This document shows, in pieces, positions 1 through 10,497 of a DNA stretch of 64,000 nucleotides. The translations under genes were made by a program, and so were the position numbers. This DNA is from an uncultured delta proteobacterium (GTDB taxonomy: Bacteria; Myxococcota_A; Polyangia; Polyangiales; Polyangiaceae). The stretch is from NCBI GenBank assembly GCA_963841435.1, contig CAWJCS010000006.1, positions 768,001-832,000 on the forward strand, in the 5' to 3' direction. The first letter of the stretch is position 1; every line of letters begins with the position of its first letter. The notes under the pieces are model-generated. The model was not told where the DNA came from. It saw only the letters and a program-made list of their open reading frames with translations, and did not search any database.

Positions 1-609
1 ACGTACGCCATCGTCGAAGCGGCGAGCTATCCGCTGATCGAGCCGTTCGTTTCGCCGATCGGCTCGAACCTGGTGCTCACGGATACCAGTGCTGCGAGGA
101 CGCCCGTCAACTTCATCCGGCTCGTGGGGTCCCTTCCCACGCCTCCCAACGTCCACGCTTCAACTGGGCACGTGTACGAGCTTGGCCGCAAGAGCGAGAC
201 GAACAGAGACTTTCTGATCTTCGACCTAATTTTGGTTCTTACGACCGTCCTTGCGGCCATTGGCGTCGCAAACCAGTTGATTCTCGCTGTCCATACGCGC
301 CGCCGCGAGCTCGCCCTTCTCCGCGTGCTCGGAATGACGGCCGACCAGATCCGCACGATGCTCCTTCTCGAAGGCGCGTTCGTCGGTCTACTCGGGGGAA
401 CGCTCGCCGTACTCCTCGGCGTACCGCTCGGGCTGGCATCCCTTGCGGCGCTCAAGCTGGTGTCCGCCTTCGAGGTGCATTTCGCGCTGCCGTTTCACTA
501 CGTTCTGCTGACGATCGTCGGAGCCGTCGCGGTGGCGGTCCTGGCGGCCGTCTACCCGGCGCGCCGCGCCGCGAGCGCCCACTCCGCGGAAGCCGTCCAC
601 TACGAGTGA
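1..609 (+). CDS. ABC transporter permease, FtsX/MacB-like C-terminal part (5'-truncated by the window)
   Basis: Frame 1 is open from base 1. It has the motif 'RRRELALLRVLGMT..QIR.MLLLE', four hydrophobic helices and a terminal 'YPARRAA'. Confidence 0.85.
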   Translation, partial: TYAIVEAASYPLIEPFVSPIGSNLVLTDTSAARTPVNFIRLVGSLPTPPNVHASTGHVYELGRKSETNRDFLIFDLILVLTTVLAAIGVANQLILAVHTRRRELALLRVLGMTADQIRTMLLLEGAFVGLLGGTLAVLLGVPLGLASLAALKLVSAFEVHFALPFHYVLLTIVGAVAVAVLAAVYPARRAASAHSAEAVHYE

Positions 610-628
610 AGCCGGGGCGCTACGACGG

Positions 629-905
629 CTAATTGAGGCAGCCGTCGGTCATGGCGCCGCTGATCATGTCTGCCGTGCAAGGGTACTGCACGGGGTCCGG
701 AGGTGCGAACGACGTGGCCCACGCCTGGGACGTGCCGCGGTACTCGGTGACGGCGAGGGCCGAAAGGGACTCGATGTAGTGACCCATGTTCACCACGTAG
801 TTGCGGGTCGGCATGTTGCTCATCGCGTCGAGGTCCGGCGCCGGGATGTTGTCCAGCTTGGCCATCGGCAACGCGTAGAGGGTGAACGAGTAGCTGTCGA
901 TCACT
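629..905 (-). pseudogene. C-terminal fragment resembling a YbhB/YbcL (PEBP/RKIP-like) protein
   Basis: 'YSFTLYAL' matches the late strand of YbhB/YbcL proteins. No N-terminal half lies upstream, and the similarity starts next to a CTAG at 905-908. Confidence 0.4.
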
Positions 906-1210
906 AGGCTGCACGCGAATCGCACGTGCGCACACCGCGCAAGTGCTCAGCTGACGGAACCCAAAGACAGATGTGTTATTTCACACCGGTTCCGGGCCGC
1001 GCCGGGGTCGGGTGACGAGAAACTCGAGCGAAACCACCACCACACTGGCCGAGGGTCGCCGAAGCTCCGTGAGCGCGACGGGCAATGAGCGCGAGCCAGC
1101 ATCGGAGTGCAGAGGACATGCCGATGCCGCAGGGGGCGTACACGACCCCGCGTTCTTGACGGGAGTTGCCAGTCCCGGGGGTCAGCCTCGAAACCAGCAC
1201 GACCTTCGGC

Positions 1211-2170
1211 TCAGCGTTCCCACTCGCAGAGGTAGCTGGTCGGGATGCTGCCGTCGTCCCACGTGCCGTCCTCGAGGAACTTACCCCAGCGCTCGTTCGC
1301 CGGGTTGTCGGGCTGCCCTGGCTGCCAGTTGACGTACGTGACGGGACTGCCGTTGACCCAGATGTAGGTATTGACGTCGGCTAGGTTGTTCAGGCCAAAC
1401 CAGGGTTTGGCGCTGCCGGCGAGCGTCACCAAGAACGCGTTTTCGGCCTGACTCTCGACGCAAGCGAGGTAGCCGCCGGTGTTCTCACACAGGGCTTCCG
1501 CCTCTGCGCCCCCGATCGAGGCTTGCGTGAAGCGATACCAGTGGCCCCCGAACGAGACGGCGTCGTTCGGATGCGCTCCGCCGCCGCCCGCCCCTGCCGC
1601 GCCACCTTGACCAGACCCGCCACCGACGCCGCCCATGCCACCGACGCCGCCCATGCCACCGACGCCGGCGCCGCCGCCCTTGCCAGCGTCACCGGTTCCG
1701 CTGGATCCGCCGCTCCCAGCACTGGTACCCGCTGCGCCGCCGTCGCCTGCCGCACCGCCGCTGCCCGCTGCGCCGCCGAGCCCGGCGTCACCTCCGAGGC
1801 CGGCCCCGCCGTTGCCGGCGGCACCGCTTCCTGCCGCCCCACCCGCGTTGCCCGCGCTACCGCCGTCACCCGCCACGCCACCGAGCCCCGACCCGGACGC
1901 ACCGCCGCTGGTGGCTCCCGCCGCGCCGGCGTTGCTGACCCCGCCGCCGCCAGCGTCGCTGCCACCGGTGCCCGCTGCGCCGCCGCCGCCAGCTCCAAGG
2001 CCGGCCGTGCCTGCGGCGACGCTACCGCCGCTCGCGCTCGTCGCCGCGGCGCCAGCGTTCGTGCCGGGGTCCTGGCCGCTGCAAGCGAGGAACGCCACGC
2101 TCACGGCGAGCCGCGGAGCTTGCCGCAGCGAAGCGCCAATTCTCGGTTTTCTAGGCGTCGATTGGGTCAT
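1211..2170 (-). CDS. Lipoprotein with Gly/Ala-rich stalk and C-terminal C-type lectin domain (319 aa)
   Basis: The ATG overlaps the upstream TGA (ATGA, 2167-2170). Lipobox 'AFLAC'. CTLD motifs 'GGHWY..AEALC..GGYLA..WFGL..NWQPGQPD..WDD..YLCE'. Confidence 0.85.
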   Translation of the reverse strand: MTQSTPRKPRIGASLRQAPRLAVSVAFLACSGQDPGTNAGAAATSASGGSVAAGTAGLGAGGGGAAGTGGSDAGGGGVSNAGAAGATSGGASGSGLGGVAGDGGSAGNAGGAAGSGAAGNGGAGLGGDAGLGGAAGSGGAAGDGGAAGTSAGSGGSSGTGDAGKGGGAGVGGMGGVGGMGGVGGGSGQGGAAGAGGGGAHPNDAVSFGGHWYRFTQASIGGAEAEALCENTGGYLACVESQAENAFLVTLAGSAKPWFGLNNLADVNTYIWVNGSPVTYVNWQPGQPDNPANERWGKFLEDGTWDDGSIPTSYLCEWER

Positions 2171-5100
2171 TTTTGAAGCTCGAGGGTGGCCGCCTGGATG
2201 TCCGCTGGGCCAAGGCTGCCGACTCGCCAGGGTGGCATCTGCGTTCGGCCGGTCGCGTTGATTCGCAGGATGGCAAGGTCCTTTTCGGCGCGGTCCATCT
2301 GTTCCAGCCTTAGGACGTTCGAACCGTGCCTTGCCGAGCTGGGGATCGGCGCGGCCGTCGTGGCAGCGGGCGCACATCTCGAGCAGGATCGTCTTGCCGT
2401 CCGAGCCTTGCTGCGGAACGAAGCCGAGCTTCTCCGTCGCGTCCGCGGAAAAGACATCGCGAAGGTCGACCAGGCTCGCGCGCGGAGCGCCGCCCTGCAC
2501 CACGTCGAGGTACGAGCGGACGGCGGCCGCGCGCTTCGCTTCGTCCGTGACGTCGACGCCGGGGTAGGGAACCGCGATCGCCTCGCCCGAAAGGTGCGCT
2601 TGGAAGCGGGTGGCCCACGTGGGGCTCTGGCCGGTGCGCAATTCCGCGGCAATCTGCCCGTCGAAGGGATTGGGTTGATCGCCGAATCCTTCGGAGCGCA
2701 CCAGGGCTTCGAGCTGGGCACCGCTGCCTTCGTCGAGCGCATTCACGATCGTGGCGATGGGGATGCCCCCGTAAGCCGAGTCGCTCTGGTGCGCCTCGGC
2801 GAACTCGGCGAGAAGGACGCGATCCGACTCCGTGCGCTGGCCGAACCGTTGCGGAAACCAGTGCATCCACGGGGCCACGAGCTCCTGCATGCGGAGGATC
2901 CGGCCCGTGCCCTGCCCGCCGGGTCGATGGCAGGACAGGCAATCGAACGACGTTGGCTCGAGATCGTCTTGGTCGTAGACGCTATACGCGGTCCAGCCGT
3001 GCTCGATCTCTTCGGTGAACAGCGCCGCGAGATCGCAGCCGCCGGAGGTGTAGTTGCAAGGTTGCTCGAAGCTCAAGAGATAAAAGTTGAGATCGGCGCT
3101 GACCGGGTCACGGCTCACGAGCTCGACGAATTGCTCGCCGCGCACGAAGCCGACCGCGACGAGGCTTTCCGGTGGGCTCAAGTCGGTGCCAACGCGCGGA
3201 AACACGATCAGCCGCGGGTTGATGGCCGAAACGCTCTTCGAGACCAGCGAGGTCGAGTTGCCCGTCAGCGCGAAGGCGCGGCTCACGTCGAGACCGACCA
3301 GCTGCAACACCGCGGCGACGCCGTCGATCGCCGGGGGCTCTCCCGTTTGGCACAGCGCGCGGGCGAACACGTCTGCTCTCCCGCGCGCGCAGACGCGCTG
3401 AATCGTCTCCTCTCGACTGCCGAGCGCGACGAGCTCGGGGTCCGGCGTCGTCTCGGCCGGCAGGCTCGCCCAGCCGTCCGATTCCGGCGGCGGCTCGTCC
3501 TGGTGCTCGGCCGCCGGTTGAGAGCAGCCGAGTAGTGAAAGCGCGAGCGCGACGGGAAGCGCTACCGTTGCTCTCGTGGTGCGCTTCCGCCGCAGCGCGA
3601 GCGTGGCCATCAGGGCGAGCAACAGAGCTCGCCACGCCGCGGCTCCCGGTGCCACCCGCCGAGGTCCACCGACCGCACAGGTGCAACCGAGTGGGTCGTT
3701 GCCCGGCGCGCTGGCGTTGCCCGCGGTCGTGGTCCCGGCTTGCCCGCCCTGTCCCACGGCGCTTCCCGCGCTCCCGCCCATTTCGGCCGGAGCCGTTCCC
3801 GCCCCGCCACCGAGCCCCGCGCTTCCGGCGCTGCCCATCGGCATCGGCGGGGGGTCGAACGGAAGCGGGTTCGGGGGAAGCCCGTCGTCGATCTGGAGCA
3901 GGTAGGCGACGAGCATATCGACCTGCTCCGAGGAAAGCGAGCTCACGAAGCCGTGCAGGTCGTCGGGGTTCTTCGTCGTGAGCACGTCGCGCAGCGTCGG
4001 TGCCGAGCCGTCGTGGAGATAGGGAGCCGTCTCCCAGACGCCGCGCAACGTCGGCGTGTCGATGCCGAACAGCGGAGCTCCTGCGTGCATGCCGGAGAGC
4101 GCCGTGATGGTGCCGACATCGTGAGGGGAGCCGCGGTCGCTGTCGGTGAGCTCGGGGCCGCCGTGGCAGACGCCGCAGCCGACCTTGTCGAACAGCGCTT
4201 TGCCGGCCACGCCGTCGGGCGTGAGGGAGCCGTCCGCGTTGCGGTAGGGGCTCGGGTTGACGTGCTCGAGCGACGAAAGATAAGCGGCGAGCGCATCGAG
4301 CTCCGGGCTGAGCCCCGCCTTCGGATCACCGAGCGGATCGGCCCGCGTTCCCACGGCGATCACGTCGTCCGGAATGAACCCCGTGCCACGGAACAGCTCG
4401 CGGATCTGGTGCTCGAAGTCCTGGACCTCGTCGAGCGTCCCAGTCCAGTTCAGCCGCCCCTCGCCCATCCCCTTGTGACCGATGAGGGAGATGGTGTTCC
4501 TGAGTCCTTCGCCGCGCGTGCTAAAATCGTAGGTTCGGCCGTCGTCCATGCCCTCGAAGTGGCAAGCGCCGCAGCTCAAGTAGCCCTCGAGCGCCATGCG
4601 GGTGTCCTCCGCGTCGTGGAAGATCTTCTTGCCGAGTAAGACGTCCGGCGAAAGCTTCTCGTTGGCGACGGCGAGAATCCGAGCGAGCTCCGGCGGCGTT
4701 GACTGGTCGAAGTCGTGCAGCAGCGCCGACATGTCGTAGACCAAGACCTCGCGGCTCAAGGCGGCCTGCACGAACAGTCGCCCGTTCGGCGCCAGCACCG
4801 AAGCGCGTGGAAACGCGCCAACGTCACCGATCGCCGTGAAGACCTGCGTCGGCTGGTTCACGTCCCGGATCTCGATGCGACTCGAGCCGCCGAGCGCGAG
4901 GATCGCAAAGTTGCCTTCTGGGGTGAACTCGACGTGGACGGGCTGGCTGCGGTCGTCGAGGTCGACGCGGTTGGCGAAGATTTCCCGCTCCGTCTGGGTG
5001 TCGATCACGGCCGCGAGCGGCCTCACCGTCGTGTCGTGCGTGAGCTCCTGCCCGTCGAGGAGCCGACCGCGCAGGATGTTGTCCTTCTTTCCCGGAACCC

Positions 5101-6076
5101 AGGCTTGCCGGCCATCGGGTGAGAGCGCAACGGAGAAGAGGTAGTTCGGAAGCCCGCGCGCCTTCTGGTCGCCGTCCACCGTCTCGCTGTCGAGCGCGAG
5201 GACGATTCGGGTCGCCACCGTCATGGTCGTGGCGTCGACCTTGACGACCTCGCCACCCGTGTCCGGTGAGATGAAGCGCGTGACGTAGACGTCCAGGCCG
5301 TCGTAGGAGACGGCGATGCCGCGCGGCTGTGGTCCGACCGCGACCTCGCCCAGCACCGCGCCGCTCGTCGGGTCGAGCTTGATGAGCTTGCCGAGCGCCG
5401 CCAGGCTGACGTACGCGGCGTCGCCCGTCGGGCTCATCGCGATCCCGACCGGCTGCGACGCGTAGGGTAGGCGAAAACCGCGCTCGATCACGAACGAGTC
5501 CGGATCGACGACGGCTACGGCGTAGTCCTCCTGGTGGACGACCCACAGCTTGCCGTCCGGAGCGAGCGCGAGCGACTCGGGCTTTCGGTACACCGCGAGC
5601 TCGCCGAGCTTGACCAGGTTCTCCGGGTCGACTGCCGTGATCGAGTCGTTGTCTTGGTTGACGGAGTAGATCCGGTTGCGCGCGGCGTCGTAGACGATGG
5701 ACGACGAGGACGACGGCTTTTGCGGCGTCGACGGGTAGTGGACCAGATACCGAAAATAGACGCTCGCCGTGTAGCCGGTGGCGTCGGTTGCGACGACGTC
5801 GACGCTGTAGAGGCCGGGCGCCGGGAACGTGTGCGACATCTCGGCGCCGCCCATCTGGTAGTCCTCGGCATCGCCGAAGCGCCACTCGTACGTGACCGGC
5901 TCGACGGCGTCCGTGACGGTGGCCGCGAAGACGTGCGCCTCGCCGACCAGCGCTGGCTCGTCGTGAGGCACGTCGAGCGTCATGGCGGCGGCCGGCGCCG
6001 CGAAGAGCACGAGCGCGAGCAGCGCAGAAGCTCCTGCGAGCGCCGACGTCGTGTGCCGAGAGCCAGCCCGCGCCAT
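2167..6076 (-). CDS. Secreted multihaem protein: PKD + YVTN-type propeller + di-haem cytochrome c peroxidase-like region + internal MYXO-CTERM + second lipoprotein-like dihaem module (~1302 aa after correcting a +1 frameshift at ~2318)
   Basis: Signal peptide, PKD 'YEWRFGD..SHTFPAPGLYSV', CxxCH motifs CGACH, CGVCH, CLSCH and CARCH, and 'TPTLRGVWETAPYLHDG'. Removing one base gives '..ARFDVLRLEQMDRAEKD..MPP..LELQK*'. Confidence 0.75.
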
Positions 6077-6108
6077 GCGCGCTCGTCCGAGAATCGCGCG
6101 AAAGCCGA

Positions 6109-8037
6109 CTAGTTCGTGGTGAACGTCGACTTCCATTCGGTGGTCAAGGTGTTGCCGACGTAGTCCGCGATTCCACCCTTTGGCAGTACGACCTCGTACG
6201 TCGTACCGGGCTCTAGATCCTGGTCCGGATCGAAGTTCACGACGCTCATCCGCACGCCGTACCTGCCCGAGAGCGGCTGCCCGCCCACCGGTCGAACGAT
6301 GAAGCTTGCCGTGTTCACCGTCGCGAGCTCGATGTTGTCGGAGAACGTCACCCCGATGCGCGACTTCGTGGAGGCGCCCGTCGACGCATTGCCGGGAATG
6401 ACCGTGTCGACCACCGGGGGCGTGGTGTCCGGAGCCGTCTGGTGGACCCCGATTACCCAGCCCTTGTACGGGGACTGATCATCGGCAATGACGACGAGAT
6501 TTGCCACCGGCAGCACGAACTGATCGTCGTTGTACGTCGTATCCATCCGACCCCAGATGCGGTCGACGACCTTGATGCTCTTCGGGTCCGAGAAGGTGAG
6601 CTTCGAAGCGCCGGGCGTGTTGCTAATCTCTTGCCGCGCATGCCCGAGGAACAAGAAGTCGTCCTGGAAGGCGAGGTACTCGGCGTATTCGTTGTTGAAC
6701 GTCGCGAGCGGCGAGCTCCCCGAGCCGATGTTCTTGGGGTTGCTGAGCACGTCCCAGACGCGAATCGGGCCGAGCATGACCGCGTAGTGTCGGTGGAACT
6801 GCGTGATGTACGATTTGGTGCCCGACGTGAGCGAGGCAAGCCTCGTCGGCTTCGTCGGATCGCTGATGTCCAGCGTGGCGATACCAGCGCTTTCCTTCGG
6901 CGTCATGACGACGAGGACGTTGCCGATGGCATCGAGCGGCCCCGCGCTGACGCCTCCGTAGCTCGAGGTGGAAACTTCCGCGACGACCTTGAGATTCGCC
7001 GGATCGGCCGCGTCGACCACCTTGATGCCGTTGTTCGTGGCGCCCACGTAGATGTATTGCCCTTGCCAGGTCACACCCCAAACGGCCTCGGTGTAGTCGC
7101 CGTAGTTGACGCCCGAGAGCTTGATCTGCCCGAGGTGCTTGGGAGCGGTGACGCTCGTGACGTCCCAGGTGTCGATCCCGGTGCCGCCCAGCGTGGCCAT
7201 GTAGAACGTGTCGCCGGAACGAGCGAACGAGATCGTGTGCGACTCGGCCTCGCCCCCCGCCCGCCGGTTCGGCGTGCTCATCTTCGAGAGCTGCTTCGGC
7301 GAGCTCGCGTTCGATAGGTCGTAGAAGAAGAAGTCTTCGTTGCCGGCCGTCATCAGATAGCCGTTGACTACGGCGGGCTGGTTCAGGTGAGTTCCCGCGA
7401 GCAGCGAGGGAGAGATCAGGCCCTGCTGCCACTGTGACTTCTGCAAGTTCGTCGTGGACGCCGGCTGCTGCGTGTTCTGAATCGTTCCCTCGGCGTGTTG
7501 GAACGTCGCCGGAGCACCGGCTCCGCTGCCCGCGTCGCCGCCCGCGCCTGCGCCTGGATCGGTCCCCGCGCTGCCCGACGCTCCGCCCATTCCGGCCGCC
7601 GCTCCCGCGGAACCGCCGTCGGCTCCGGACGCGCCGGCGCTGCCCGCGGCAAGCCCGGCGCTGCCGCCCGCACCGGCCGCGGCGCCAACCCCGCCGCTTC
7701 CCGCTGTCACTCCGGCGGTACCCCCGGTGGCGCCTGCGCCACCGCTCGCCGTCGCGCCACCGCTCGCCGTCGCGCCGCCGCTCGCCGTCGCGCCGCCCAG
7801 CGAGCTCGAACCGCCGGAGGTCGCCCCACCCACCGAGCCCGCGGACCCACCACTGCTGGTCCCCGCGCTACCGCCGACCCCGGAGCTGCCGCCCGTCGCG
7901 GTAAAACCGCTGCTTCCGCCCGTATCGGCGGCCTGGGTCTCCGCAGGAGACGCGCAGGCACCGGCCAGCGCGACGAGCGGCAGGGCGCTCAGGCAGAGCC
8001 GGAAGGTCATCGGTACGGCAGTCGATTTCTTGGTCAC
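6109..8037 (-). CDS. Lipoprotein with Gly-rich linker, LVIVD-like repeats and C-terminal Ig-like (Big_5/SbsA) domain
   Basis: RBS GAGGAGG precedes a GTG at 8037. Lipobox 'LAGAC'. Repeats 'IKVVDAADPANLK' and 'IATLDISDPTKP'. Ig-like 'DTTPPVVDTVIP..IGVTFS..LEPGTTYEV..FTT'. Confidence 0.8.
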   Translation of the reverse strand: MTKKSTAVPMTFRLCLSALPLVALAGACASPAETQAADTGGSSGFTATGGSSGVGGSAGTSSGGSAGSVGGATSGGSSSLGGATASGGATASGGATASGGAGATGGTAGVTAGSGGVGAAAGAGGSAGLAAGSAGASGADGGSAGAAAGMGGASGSAGTDPGAGAGGDAGSGAGAPATFQHAEGTIQNTQQPASTTNLQKSQWQQGLISPSLLAGTHLNQPAVVNGYLMTAGNEDFFFYDLSNASSPKQLSKMSTPNRRAGGEAESHTISFARSGDTFYMATLGGTGIDTWDVTSVTAPKHLGQIKLSGVNYGDYTEAVWGVTWQGQYIYVGATNNGIKVVDAADPANLKVVAEVSTSSYGGVSAGPLDAIGNVLVVMTPKESAGIATLDISDPTKPTRLASLTSGTKSYITQFHRHYAVMLGPIRVWDVLSNPKNIGSGSSPLATFNNEYAEYLAFQDDFLFLGHARQEISNTPGASKLTFSDPKSIKVVDRIWGRMDTTYNDDQFVLPVANLVVIADDQSPYKGWVIGVHQTAPDTTPPVVDTVIPGNASTGASTKSRIGVTFSDNIELATVNTASFIVRPVGGQPLSGRYGVRMSVVNFDPDQDLEPGTTYEVVLPKGGIADYVGNTLTTEWKSTFTTN

Positions 8038-8181
8038 GGATTCCTCCTCGTCCACGGCGAGATGGCTTGCTGACTCGCGGGGGCGCGAAGAGCGGCCAAG
8101 GAACGACCGCCCACGGTGGGAGCCCGCGCGAAGCCGCGTCTTGCCTGAAAAATTCCGCGGTTGACGGATGGACGCAGGACG

Positions 8182-9705
8182 CTAGCGGCGCGTGAGGACG
8201 AAGAGGCGGTCTACGCCGTATTCGTGGGGCCCATCGGGGCCGTCGTAAAACGAAACCGGCAAAACGGCGCCCGCAAGCTTGAGCGCGAAGAGATCCTTGC
8301 CGGCGGGGACCAGGGTGCCCGAGCCCGCACCGAGTGGTTCGAGCGCGGGGATGTTCACCGTGAGACGCTGGCCGACGAGCTCGATGCTCACGTCCCCGAG
8401 GTTCGGATCGGTGAAGGAGCCGGTGTAGCTCTCGAGATCCTCGTCCGGCTCCCCGAGCAGATCGGGCTCGCCCACCGGGGCGGGTAGACGATCCCCGGCG
8501 CCAACCTCCAGCGTGACCTGTGTCACGTGCAGGATGTCTTCGCCGACGCCGTTGGCGAGTACGTTCACCGCGACGCGCTGCTCGGGAAGCATGAACGAAA
8601 GCAACGTCATCGTGAGCGTGCCTCCGTCGTGCGCCACGAACGGCACCTCGTAGAACCCGTCGTCGGAGCCCTGATAAAACCTCTGCACCGAGAGGCCGTA
8701 GCCGTAGCCGAACCCCTCCGAGTGATTGTAGACGCTCACCTGCTCGCTCATCATCGCGCGGCGAAGCTCGTCGGAGAGCACGTCCGGATTGCCGTCGATG
8801 AGGAAGCCCAAAAGCTTTGCTTGATCCGAGGGCGTCGACCAGACGAAGCCCGCCGGGCGCGTGAAGGCGTTGTCGATCTCGTCCTCGGGGGTCACCCACT
8901 CGATCTTGGGCTCCGGAAGCGCGATGAGCTCGAGCAGGTCGAACGTGTCGAGCGGCTCGCTCGTGCCACGCGCGCTCGCCAGATCAACCTCGTGGGTGAG
9001 CGCGTCGTCGCGCCGCGCGTAGGTGTGCGATAGACCGAGCGGCGCAAACACGTCGTCGCGCAGGACATCGGCAAAGGGGCGAGAGTCGAGGGCCTCGATC
9101 AAGAGACCGGCGAGCGCGTAGTTCGGATTGCTGTAGTTGAAGCCCACGCCCGCCGGCATCAACGCGTACTCGTTGTCGGCAAAACGGCCGAGCGCGATGG
9201 CCTCGAGATCGTCGTCCGAGGGCGCCTCGAAGAAGCCGGCGTAGTCGAAAAGGCCCGTGGTTTGTCGCAGCAAATCGCGCACCGTCACGGTCTCGAGGAA
9301 CGCCCGGTCCGAGGCGAGCTCGAGCGCAGGGAAAAGCTCGGCGACGCTTTGCGAGAGCTCGAGCTCGCCTCGTTCGACCTTCTGGAGCAAGGCGAGGGCC
9401 GTGATCTTCTTCGTGTCCGAGCCGATTTGGAAGAGCGTGTCGGACGTTGCGGGCGTGCCCCGCGAATCCTTCTCGCCGAACGCTTCGGCGTAGATGACGC
9501 GGCCGTCTCGAAAGAGGGCGACGCTGTACGCCGTGGCGTTGCCCCTGCCGAGGCTCGCAGCGACGGCGTCGTGGATACGGCTGATGTCGGCAGTGGAGAG
9601 CGCCGCGTCGTCGCCTGGCGAAGGACCGTGCCCGTCATCTCCACTGCAACCACCGAGCAGACCCACCGCCAGCGCGACACCGGCCGCCCACCACCTTGCC
9701 ACCAT
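8182..9705 (-). CDS. Serine hydrolase, beta-lactamase/PBP-like (class C/S12 type) lipoprotein
   Basis: Lipobox 'LGGC', SxxK 'IGSDTKK', YxN 'NYSNPNY' and 'HDGG'. Confidence 0.88.
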   Translation of the reverse strand: MVARWWAAGVALAVGLLGGCSGDDGHGPSPGDDAALSTADISRIHDAVAASLGRGNATAYSVALFRDGRVIYAEAFGEKDSRGTPATSDTLFQIGSDTKKITALALLQKVERGELELSQSVAELFPALELASDRAFLETVTVRDLLRQTTGLFDYAGFFEAPSDDDLEAIALGRFADNEYALMPAGVGFNYSNPNYALAGLLIEALDSRPFADVLRDDVFAPLGLSHTYARRDDALTHEVDLASARGTSEPLDTFDLLELIALPEPKIEWVTPEDEIDNAFTRPAGFVWSTPSDQAKLLGFLIDGNPDVLSDELRRAMMSEQVSVYNHSEGFGYGYGLSVQRFYQGSDDGFYEVPFVAHDGGTLTMTLLSFMLPEQRVAVNVLANGVGEDILHVTQVTLEVGAGDRLPAPVGEPDLLGEPDEDLESYTGSFTDPNLGDVSIELVGQRLTVNIPALEPLGAGSGTLVPAGKDLFALKLAGAVLPVSFYDGPDGPHEYGVDRLFVLTRR

Positions 9706-9765
9706 GGCTGCCAGTTTTACGTGGGAGCCGTGCGCGCGGCAAGGCCCGGAGTGGCTCGGGCGACC

Positions 9766-10497
9766 TCAGCAGCGAAACCAGCGGCGGAGGCCGGGCCGGA
9801 TCACCTCGTCGAGCGTCTCGTAGAAGAGCGTTCGGCCGTCGTGGCCAGAGCAGAGGCCGAAGGCGGCACCGCCTTCGGGCGCGTCGCGATCGGGCAGGTG
9901 GGCGAGCTCGTGAGCTTCGAGATGCGCGAGCGCGGTCGGCAGGTAGCGCTCGATCGCAGTGCGCTCGTCCGTGGATAGATCGCCAGCGCTCCGCTCGAGC
10001 AGCCGCCAGCCGAAGCGCGCGTGACCCACCTCGTCAGCCCAGATGCGTGTGAGCAGGCCTCGCAGCGCGCCGTTGGGCATCTCCAGCCGCTCGGCGCCGA
10101 TCAGCGCGACGGCCACCGTTTCGCTCATGCAGCACACGTGGATGACGTTCCGGAGCGCGCGCGCCCGGGGCGGCGCATCGTCGTGCGCTGGGTAGTCCGG
10201 GCTGGGCCTGAGCGCGGTCCTTGCCTCGCCGCCGGCTGCCTCGACGACGGCGCCGCACAGCGTGCCATGGCGTCGCTCCTCGGCGGCAAAGGCGCGGCAT
10301 TCGCGCGCGTGCTCGTCGCTCCAGTGCTCGTCGAGCTGTTCAGCGAGCGCCTCGAACACCGATGACGACGAGTACTCGTTCAGCATGCGCGCTCGCCACG
10401 TCGCAACGCAGGCGCCCCGCAGGGCGTCAGGCAGTGCGCCGAGATCCGGCATGAGCGAGCGCGCCGGCTCGCGCAGATCCAGCACGGCCGCGCTCAC
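9766..10497 (-). CDS. Ferritin-like (diiron-carboxylate) domain protein (243 aa)
   Basis: The GTG start overlaps the upstream TGA (GTGA, 10494-10497). Ligand pattern 'LNEY', 'EERRH', 'SETV', 'DEVGH'. Confidence 0.85.
   Translation of the reverse strand: MSAAVLDLREPARSLMPDLGALPDALRGACVATWRARMLNEYSSSSVFEALAEQLDEHWSDEHARECRAFAAEERRHGTLCGAVVEAAGGEARTALRPSPDYPAHDDAPPRARALRNVIHVCCMSETVAVALIGAERLEMPNGALRGLLTRIWADEVGHARFGWRLLERSAGDLSTDERTAIERYLPTALAHLEAHELAHLPDRDAPEGGAAFGLCSGHDGRTLFYETLDEVIRPGLRRWFRC

Noticed and set aside
956-993. AT-rich imperfect palindrome (ggaacc..gtgttatttcacac..ggttcc) as a dif site or ECF promoter
   Set aside because: It does not match the XerC/XerD arms, and the promoter spacing is unconvincing. 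It may be an operator or terminator, but I cannot support that.
1560-2060. Long Pro-rich or Arg-rich ORFs here and throughout the window (also 7430-7930, 25860-26160, 49260-49590)
   Set aside because: These are antisense or off-frame shadows of Gly-rich linkers in high-GC DNA.
1211-6136. Single 1641-aa cytochrome-lectin fusion
   Set aside because: It is created by the +1 shift at ~2318. The lectin gene has its own ATG (ATGA overlap) and lipobox.
8182-9705. Antibiotic-resistance beta-lactamase
   Set aside because: The motifs fit the broad serine-hydrolase family (esterases/peptidases), and nothing indicates beta-lactam specificity.
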